DNA of 64,000 nucleotides, from the NCBI GenBank assembly GCA_963681965.1, contig OY820579.1, positions 3,360,001 to 3,424,000 on the forward strand, given 5' to 3'. The notes below the pieces were generated by a model. It was not told where the DNA came from and did no database searches. It saw only the letters and a list, made by a program, of their open reading frames with translations. The DNA is from a bacterium. Lineage in GTDB: Bacteria > Electryoneota > JAOADG01. The translations under genes were made by a program, and so were the position numbers. Within the stretch, counting starts at the first letter, position 1, and each line of letters starts with the position of its first letter. Positions 30,513 through 40,800 of the stretch are shown one piece after another.

Positions 30513-31280
30513 CTGCGTCACCTCTTGAGAGATAAGTCGTGCAATTTCGCCATCTCGATATGAATGAGATCTTCCGATCAATATTTCCGTTTTAGCTTAC
30601 AGTCGGTATCGGCTTTGTCAGTTTACGCAGGTAGGATAGGACGATTAGTTGTAAACGATTGAGTCGTGGCTGTAGTATTATTGGTTGATTAGATGAGATC
30701 GCATTCACCCTTTCAAAGTAGTTCGTGGATTTAAAGAAGGACAATTGAAATCGTCTAATGTTAAAGCGAGATCAGGGCTGTCACAAGTATTTTCGGAGAA
30801 AACGGAAGAATTCTTTACGCTCATTTACAAAATATTTCATATTGTTACTGTTTTAATTTAATTTGTACTGTATACTAATTGTAATCTTAGCGAATTTATA
30901 TCGGTGCTGATGAAATTTTTATGTAACATAGATCAACATTTCTTGTTCATTTTCGACTGATACAGTAATTTGTGAAACGATATTGAACACAACATATCAG
31001 TAAGAATCTGACTGAGTCATTTTAAATTGTGGCTACTTATACTTGCATAACGGATGCCCAATTGGCACTGACAAAAACTCTTCTTCCCCCACAATTCACT
31101 ACAGGTCGTCGTTATTCCGATTTACTGATCACACGTGATCAATCGTCACAGAAGAACTGCTTGACTTCGACTCGAATTTGTCTAGATTAGTACAATTGGA
31201 TTAAAGTTCAAAGTCACCTATATCCGTTAGCAGTCGATTTTTGAAATCCATATTTGACACCACTTCCGGGAATCAAAAAA

Positions 31281-31435
31281 GTAGAGCAGCTGATACATAA
31301 TCAGCAGGTCTGCGGTTCGAGTCCGCAAGGTGGCTCTAATTGGGTGGTGGGTGATGGGTGGTGGGAAAAGATGGTAGTTGGTGATTAGTGCTTGGTAAAA
31401 AATTAGATGCGGCTCATTGGGTTGCGTTTTTCATT
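31281..31435 (+). repeat. attR-like duplicate: 3' part of tRNA-Thr plus homologous trailer and terminator
   Basis: 56/58 match to 7487-7544; G/T-rich trailer and gcggctcattgggttgcgttttt hairpin parallel 7545-7652. Confidence 0.85.
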
Positions 31436-31862
31436 TTAGATCTATTGCAATCGTGCAAGAATATCTGCGGTTCATGGGCAAGAATCTGATTAAAGTGGCT
31501 TCGGATATCTTTCACCACGCAATCGACTGATAGCGAAATTGAGACTGTTAATACAATAATACAATGCGAATATGGAAGCGATAGCGAAATAAGCTTGATA
31601 TTTCACCATAACATCCCCGGAACGAACTATCTACTGGGCATTTCCACGTTATCCCGGTTTCTCCATCTTATTATGATCCAGCTAACAGCAAAATCGTGCT
31701 AAAAAACAACACAACTAGTGCATTTTATCCCTACATTGTCTTATCTTTAATATTACTAATATTGCCAATTACTGTCCTGTAGAGTGGATAGCACGATAGC
31801 CCTTTGAATTTTAGACCTGATTTCCACCTAATTCGCATCTCGACTCAACGCCCGGAGTCCTT

Positions 31863-34800
31863 ATGGTACGATCTTTACGACGGCTGTACTGCTACACCGC
31901 CCCCGCTGGAAAACGCTCTCTGCTGTCGATCGCGCTACTGGTGCTGGTATTCTGCTCGCTTCATCCTGCGATGGCAGCTTCTTCACCACGCTCTCCCGCG
32001 ACATCTGCACTAAGTGCCACTCGTCCACAATACTCGATCGATCGGGTAATGACCGGTACGTTAACAATTGGTGCATCGGGTTGCGATTACACCACATTCA
32101 CGGCAGCAATCGCCGATCTGCAAACATTCGGTGTCCAACCGGGTGGGGTGACCTTCCTCGTCAATCCGGGCAATTATCCCGAATTTGTTAATGTTACCCC
32201 GTTCACCGGGATGGGTAGCGGGAATCCGGTTGTATTCCGTGCCAATGGTGGGACAGTCACGGTCAATCCCACTCCGACCAGCTCCAGTTTCAATGTCGCC
32301 ATCAATTTGATTGGTTGTCAATACGTTACGTTCGACGGAATCAATGTGAACGATCCCAGCACAGGATCCTTCTTCCTTAACGATGGCTATCGCTTGACCA
32401 ACCAGACCGCCACTCTAGGGGCACAACATAACACGATCAAGAATGCGACCATCCTGATGCGGAAAATTTCCACTAGTGCCGGAGTGGAACAGACTCCACT
32501 CACGACACCGACTTCGGCTGAAGGGGCACAAAGCTATAACACCTATCTGAATCTGAAAATATCCAAAGTGTTGTGTGGATTGTATGCGATTGGGAACCCC
32601 ACTTATCCCGACCTCAATACCGAGATCGGTAGCGATAGCGTAGGTCTCAACTACTCAAAACGTTTTACCATCGGCGCGATGCCCAACGACACAATTGGTA
32701 GGTACGGTATTGTTTGCGCCGGGCAAATTGGATTAACTATTCACGATTGCGATATTTCTCGCATCCGTAACACCAGTAATACGATCTATGGGATCCAACT
32801 CCAGCAAGCCAATTTACAATCGAACGAAAATTGTGTGATCAAAAACAATCGTATCTACGATTTGTTATTAACTTCCTCCGGAAACTTCTATAATGTGGTC
32901 GGAATCTATCACGATGCGAACAATACCAATGCATCGGTCAAGTATATCAACAACATGATCTACGGTTTGCAGTCGACGACAACTGGTAATCAAAACACTC
33001 CGAACTACGCTGTTTACGGTATTTATTCGGCGCAGAAAGCTACTTTCAGCCACAATACGATCTGGCTCGATCAAGGTAGTGGTAACGCGTTGAATTGCAG
33101 TTCTACTTGTATCTACTTGTCATCTGGGAGCCAGAACGATACCATTCGAAATAATATTTTTGTGAATACAACTGCCAACCAGACTGGTAACCAAAGACAT
33201 AATGGTCTGACAATTAACTTTACCTCGACGACTTACCGATCGGATTACAATCTCATTTATGTCCCGATTACTGCCAGTGGTAATGCCGTTTATGATCTTT
33301 ATAATTCAATTGCCTACTCCACGCTTAGTGGATGGCAGGCAACCGGTAAGGATACTCATTCACTATCCGGCGATCCCCAGTTTATCAGTACTAGTACTCC
33401 TTACGATGTACACATTCTGCCATATTTAGCGGCATTGAGTTACCGCACCGGCACTCCGATCGCAGAAGTTACCACCGACATCGATGGTCATACGCGCAAT
33501 GCTGCGACACCCGATCTTGGTGCGGACGAATTTACCGCTCTTCCAGGTCTGACCGGTACGAAGACGATTGGTGCGACTGGTTGCGATTATCCGACATTCG
33601 CTGCTGCGATCACCGATCTAACGAATCGAACCGTTGGTGCTGGAGGGGTGACATTTAACGTCAGTTCCGGCAATTATCCGGAATTTGTGACCGTACCACG
33701 GATCTCTGGCATGGGGAGCGGTTCACCGGTCACGTTCCGTGCGAATGGCGGGACGGTAACAGTGAATCCGACGCCAACTGGCGCTGGCACCGAGGTGGGT
33801 ATCGCATTTCGTGGTTGCCAGTATGTGACTTTTGAAGGAATAAACGTTACCGATCCCAGCACGGGAAGTTATTGGCTGGGAGACGGGTATCGCGTCACCA
33901 ATTCATCGGCAACAACCGGTTCGCAGAATATCACGATTAAAAACGCCACGATCACTCTACGGAAAGATTTCCAGTCGTATGGTATTCGGCAGAACTGCTC
34001 CTTTACCCCAACCTCGAGTGCCGGGGCGCAAAGCAATAATCGCTATTTTAATCTGAAGATTTCTAAATGTTATTCTGGACTCTATCTCGATGCGAATAGC
34101 AGTTATCCCGATCTAAACACCGAAATTGGGAGCGACAGTGCCGGGTTGAATTATACGAACCGGTTCACAATCGGAGCTTTGGCGAACGATACGATCGCTT
34201 ATGCAGGGATCTATGCAAATTCGGTTAGTGGTTTATCGATCCATGATATCGATGTTCGGAATGTTACTTCTTTCAGTGGCACTCATGCATACGGTATCTA
34301 TCTAATCCATCCTGTGGCAAGTGGTACGGTAAGGGTATCGAATAACCGGATCAATAATATCGCTGCAATCGGTACGACTGCTTTTTTCCGACCGGTCGGG
34401 ATTTATCAGAACAACGATAATAATGCGCCGTGTTATTATTATAACAATTTCGTTTATTCGTTGTCTTCGATTGCTCCCTCGGCGCCTGTTACAGTCGATT
34501 TGATGATAACTGGATTTTATAGTTTGGGTGGTCGTTGCAACCTCGATAACAACACCTTCCTGATCGATCAGGGCAGTGGAAATAGTCTACAGTTTTGCTC
34601 GGCAGATATCTATCTCTATAATCAGGTGCAAGGTGCCGACACGCTCCGCAATAACGTGATCGCCAATATCACTGGAACGCAATCGGGAACAGTGTACCAT
34701 GTAGGTATCTACAATTCAGGGGTTACTTCGGTCTATTCCAACAATAATTGTTTTTACATTCCGAGCAGTGGTAATGGTTACATCGGCGATATCAGTGGTA

Positions 34801-37800
34801 CAAACTACGCTTCTTTGACCTCTTGGCGCACAGCCAGTGGTCAAGATGCAAATTCGACCGCTTCCGATCCTCGTTTTCTCGTTACAACATCCCCCTGCGA
34901 TCTTCATGTCCAGCCATATCTTACGTCTCCGATTAACGGTACTGGAACGGCAATTTCGTATGTCACAACCGATATCGACGGTGATCTCCGCAGCAGTACT
35001 ACCCCCGACATCGGTGCCGATGAATTTACACCTCTGCCCGGGCTTACAGGTACGAAGACAATCGGTGCTTCGGGATGCGATTACACGACTTTCAATGCCG
35101 CCATCACCGACCTGCAGAATCGAACCGTTGGATCTGGAGGCGTGACCTTCCTGGTAAGTCCGGGTATTTATTCCGAATTTGTGACCATCACTCCGATCAC
35201 TGGAATGGGAAGTGCAAATCCGGTAGTATTCCGTGCCAATGGGGGAACCGTCACGGTCAATCCGACCCCGACCACTGCCGGAACACAAATTGCCATCACC
35301 TTGAAAGGATGCCGGTACGTAACATTTGACGGCATTAACGTGATCGATCCCAGTACCGGATCCTTCTGGCTTGCCGATGCCTATCGCCTGACCAACCTCA
35401 CCACGACGCAAGGGGCGCAACACTGTACGATCAAGAATTCGACCATGGTGATGCGCAAGGATTTCAACAGCTCCGGAGTTGAACAGAGCGCTTCTTATAC
35501 TCCAGCCTCGGCGGAAGGGGCAGAGAGTTACAACACCTATCTGAATTTGAAGATCTCGAAAGTCGCATCCGGTATGTATATGATGGGATATAGCACTTAT
35601 CCGGATATCAATACCGAAATCGGCAGCGATAGCGTTGGTCTTACTTATTCGAAGCGGTTTACCGTCGGTGCCATGGCAAACGATACAATTACCTGGGTGG
35701 GGATATATTGCACATCCCAGATCGGATTAAATATCCACGATTGCGATATCACCCGGGTTCGCTACACTGCTGGCAATATCTACGGCATCCAGATCCTCCA
35801 GAATAATCTTACATCAAGCGCACTCAGTGTGGTAAAGAACAATCGCATCTACGATATGTTGTCAAGTACGTCTGGTACGTTTAATCTGGTATACGGTATC
35901 GATCACGAAGGGAACAATTCCAATCCTTCGGTGCGCTTCATCAACAATATGATTTATAATTTGCAGTCAACTACTACATCGTCAATGTACACCAGCACCA
36001 ATTCTGTGGTCGGTATTTATTCACAACAGTCGGCAGTTATCGACCACAATACGATCTGGATCGATCAGGGTAGCGATCATGCGTTGAATTGCAGTTCCTC
36101 AGCGATCACACTTTCCAACGGTAGTCAGAATGATACCCTTCGAAATAACATTATCATCAACACCACCGCCAATCAAACCAGCTCAGCCAAGCATCGCGGC
36201 ATTACTATTGGTGTGACTCTGACAAATTTTCTTGCCGATAACAATCTTTACTACGTCCCGAATGCAGCCAACGGAAGCTACGTCTATATCAGTTCTGGAG
36301 GTACGACCTATTCGACGCTCAGTGCGTGGCAGGCAACGGGTAGGGACGCGCACTCGGTTACGGGAGATCCCCGGTTTATCAGTCCCAGTGTACCTTATGA
36401 CCTCCACATTCAACCCTATCAGACGGTGCCAGGAAACAACGCCGGAACCACCTCACCGTATGCGACTACCGACATCGATGGAGATTTGCGCAACAGTACG
36501 ACACCGGATATCGGTGCCGACGAATTCACCGCACTGCCAACGATCACGGGAATCAAGACCATTGGCGCCGCGGGATGCGATTATCCGACCTTTTCCGCTG
36601 CCATTTCGGATATGATGAATCGTTCCGTCGGTACCGGCGGGGTCACGTTCAATGTGAGTTCAGGTACTTACAACGAACATCTGTTTATCAATCCGATTCC
36701 CGGTGTTTCAGCCACCAATCCGGTGATCTTCCAAAAAGCATCGGGAACGGTCGAAATCGCCTGCAGTGGGACTTCCGCTACATCTGGATCGAGTGACGTA
36801 ATCGTCTACCTCAACGGTTGCGATTATATCACATTCGATGGCATTAACGTTCGCGATGCCGGAACTAGTACATCCAACTACAATGAATTCGGTTATTACA
36901 TCCACAACTACAATTCAATCGATGGGGCGACCAATCTAGTTTTAAAGAATCTTTCGGTTTCGCTGAACCGCGCCGATTCCAATAGTATTGGCATTTATCA
37001 AGTGTGCGATACTCCCACCAATGCAACGGGTACCAATAGCAATAACCGTTATCTCAATCTGAAAATCTCCGACTGTCAGGTCGGTATCGAATTATTCAGT
37101 ACCAGTAGCTCTTATTGGGATAACGGCAATGAAATCGGGAGTTTATCGACTTCGCTCACCGACACCAGTCGCTTCACTATCGGCGCTACCGGAACCAATT
37201 CGATCGGTGGCGCTGCCGATGCTTGCGGAGTCAGTATCTGGCGGCAAGGCACTGTGAATATTCACGATTGCGATATCTCCAATATTTATTCAGAGTCGGG
37301 TAAAGCTTTCGGCATTTTAATGTCGGGATGCAGTGGTACCGGCGAGATTAAACGGAATCGGATTTTCAATATCTATTCAGCAAGCAATGCTGTAAATGGA
37401 ATGGATATTCTGTCAGGAAGCACCCTCACCACTAAAATCTATAGCAATTTCATCTACAATCTGAATGCAATATCCGGTCTTTCAGCAACGCAAAATACCT
37501 ACGGTATTATTGTTGAAACGGGAACGACCTACATCGATCATAACTCGATCCTGATGAATACGACCAATCCCAATGGTTGGGTTAGTTGCGTCCAGATTCT
37601 CTATTCGACAAATGCGACCTTCCACAACAACATCTTCTATAATAAGCCTGCGCAAGGTGCCGCATCGGTAAATTACACAATTGACTTCGATTATCGCGCG
37701 ACACTGGCTGCTTCCGATAACAATCTATTCTACGATGGCGGTTACGGTCTCTTTGCCTATTATGGTGTAAGTGGTGGCAATTGCGGATCACTGGCTAACT

Positions 37801-40800
37801 GGAGATCAAATACGGGCAATGATGCCAATTCCCGCTACGGCAACCCGTACTTCGTCGCCGATACGGGAGCGATCGATTTGCATGTCCAACCGTATCGTCC
37901 ACAGAATACGTCAAATTTCGGTACACCCGTTTCTTGGGTAACCACTGACATTGACGGCGATTCCCGAAATTTCTCAATACCGGATATTGGCGCGGATGAA
38001 TATGACTTGCAGACATTGACTCTGACCCGTCCGAATGGCGTTGAGATTTGCCATGTTGGGTCTGCCGATACGATTTTGTGGTCTTCGACCGCATTGTCCG
38101 GAAATGTGCAAATCCAACTGAATCGCAACTACCCCTCTGGTTCATGGGAAACGATTATTGCGAACACTGCCAACACCGGTAGCTACACATGGACGGTTAC
38201 CACTCCCGAAAGTCGAGTTGCGCGAATCCGGCTGTTATCGATCGCCAATCCGTTGATTGGTGATACCTCCGATGCCAATTTTACGGTCCGACAGGATAGT
38301 CTCAATATTTCTCGAGTTGGTCAATTCAACACTTCCGTTCATGCATATGAAACAGCCGTCTCAGGTAATTACCAATATGTTGCTACTTCGACTGCCGGTT
38401 TACGGGTAGTGAATATCGCTAATCCGGCAAGTCCGGTAGAGGTCGGTAGTTATACATCGAGTGGATTCCAGATTCAGAATCTGCAAGTGGTCGGCAACTA
38501 CGTTTATGCGACCGATTATTATTCCGGCTTGTATATTTTCAATATCAGCAATCCCACCAGCCCTCAGTTGGTCGGTACGCGCACGTTAGAACATCCCCGG
38601 GGTCTCGCGATTTCCGGTAACTACGCTTACATCGCAGATTACTCCAATTTGCGAATTATCAACATTTCGAATCCAGCCAATCCGACCCAAACGCAAACCT
38701 TTGCGATCCCTGGTCATGGTTTTGATATTGCGGTGCAAGGGAATTATGCATACGTAACGACCGGTGGTGGCGGACTACGAATCGTTGATATCAGTAATCC
38801 CTCGTTACCCAGTGGTGTGGGTTATTTCAATAGTACTCTTTCCAATGGTTCGATCTTAGGAATTGCAGTTGCCGGTAACCAAGCGTATATCACCGATTGT
38901 TCGGAAGACGAGAAATCTTTCCGGGTCATCAACATTAGCAACCCGGCAAGTCCACAACTCGTTACTTCGACCGAAATCGGAGTTAGCGGTACAAGTATTT
39001 ATCTGGCTCGAAATTACGCATATCTCTGTGGCGATTGGGGTTGCCGGGTCATCGACTTAAACGTTCCAACAACACTGACGACGACAGGTTTTTACAATGA
39101 GTTTACCGATGCCTACCAAGTTACGGGTAATGGTATATACGCTTACGTCAGCGATCTTACCGGTGTTCATATTCTAAATACTGCCCTCGCAAATCCATTG
39201 TTGTCGATTACTGCGCCGAACGGTTCCGAACAGTTTACGATTGGTTCGAATCGGAATGTAACTTGGAATGCTTATGGTTTTTCTTCGCCGGTTTCGATTT
39301 CATTAGATCGCAATTATCCATCCGGTAACTGGGAAACTATCCGCGCGAATACAGATAACACCGGTAGCTACGCTTGGACAGTCACAGGTTCCACCACGAC
39401 TACAACCGCCCGAATTCGCATTATTTCGGTCGATAATCCGTTAATCGGCGATACTAGCGACGTCAATTTTACAATCATGGGAACGTTGACGCTAACACGT
39501 CCCGTGAATATGGATTGGATGACCATCGGCAATGCCGATTCTATCTGCTGGACTTCCTCGGGTGTTTCAGGAAATATCATTATCGAATTGAACCGCAATT
39601 ACCCGAACGGTAGTTGGGACACAGTTTCACGGAGTACATCCAATATCGGCTCATTCAATTGGATTGTATCGGGACCTCCCACCGCACACGCTCGCGCGCG
39701 TATCTCGTCAGTTAATTTTCCCGCGGTGCGTGATAGCTCCCTGTGGTGGTCATTCATCATGCCGCCGTACAGCAGTTATCTGGTATGGCAATCACCACTG
39801 ACAGGAACTGCGACCGCGCGGATCGATGTAGGTACCGGCAGTAACATGTATGCCGCCAGTGTCGATCAGCATTTTTATTACTCCACTGACAATGGTGCTA
39901 ATTGGACGGCAGGATCGACAGTATTCGGTTCGACACCCAGTGCAGTGCATTACTTCAATGGATATATTTACGTTGCCACCACCGGCAGCGGTATCTATCG
40001 CTCCAACAATGGCGGCGTATCGTTCTCACAAATCAATATTGGTCTGACCGATCTCACTGTAAACGAATTGGCATACAACAACGGATACCTGTTCGCCGCT
40101 ACGCGAGGAGGTCTGAACCGTTCCACGAATGGCGGCACTACCTGGTTTACTTTGACGTCGGAAGCTGCTGCGACAGCAGCCTTATCGCCATATGATAATA
40201 AACTTTGGGTGGTCTCAGGAACGGGTAATACCGTCTACTATTCAACGAACAATGGGGTCTCTTGGACTACTGCCAACAGTGGAATCAATAGCGCCCCGGT
40301 CGTTTCGTTTGCCTTTACTCCGGTCGCGATTTATGCCGGTACCAGTGACGGTCGCATCTTCGTAACAACAAATGGCGGGACAAGTTGGACCCAGTCGTTG
40401 CAAGTGCCTGGTGCTGGGTTTTACAGCGGACTCGGCTTCAATAGTAATCGTATCTTCTTTGCCGATTGGCTTGGTGCAGGGGTATTTGGATCGGCGGATA
40501 ATGGTACCAATTGGACTGCTGCCGATAGCGGAATTGTTAGCATGCTGGTCTTTGGTCTAGCACGAAGCAACGATGGTTCGATGTTGGCAGCAACCTATGC
40601 CGGCATCCAAAAGACCAACCATGTTCAGGATTCGTATTTGACCTTATCCAACAACAACGGATCCGATCTGCTTCGCTACGGTGTCAACGATACGATCCGC
40701 TGGAGTGGGTTAGGCTTCACAGGAAATGTCAGTATTCAGTTAAACCGCAATTATCCCACTAGCACCTGGGACACCGTGGCAGCCAATGTTGCAAATACCG

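Larger units (their letters stand above)
7487..31338. mobile_element. Decayed genomic island integrated at tRNA-Thr(CGT), about 23.8 kb
   Basis: Direct repeat 7487-7544 / 31281-31338 (56/58 identical, 3' part of the tRNA); cargo with IS remnants and pseudogenes; no intact integrase seen. Confidence 0.8.

Noticed and set aside
30758-30770. 13-bp match (ATGTTAAAGCGAG) to the tRNA promoter spacer at 7389
   Set aside because: Short, does not extend, and is compatible with chance.
30520-31130. c-di-GMP riboswitch or sigma28/sigma54 promoter upstream of the hydrogenase operon
   Set aside because: GCCGATA-like and TGGC..TTGC-like words are present but partner elements or spacings do not fit.
31281-31338. 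Functional tRNA with CAT anticodon
   Set aside because: Lacks the 5' acceptor strand and most of the D-arm, and U33 is mutated; it is an att-type fragment.
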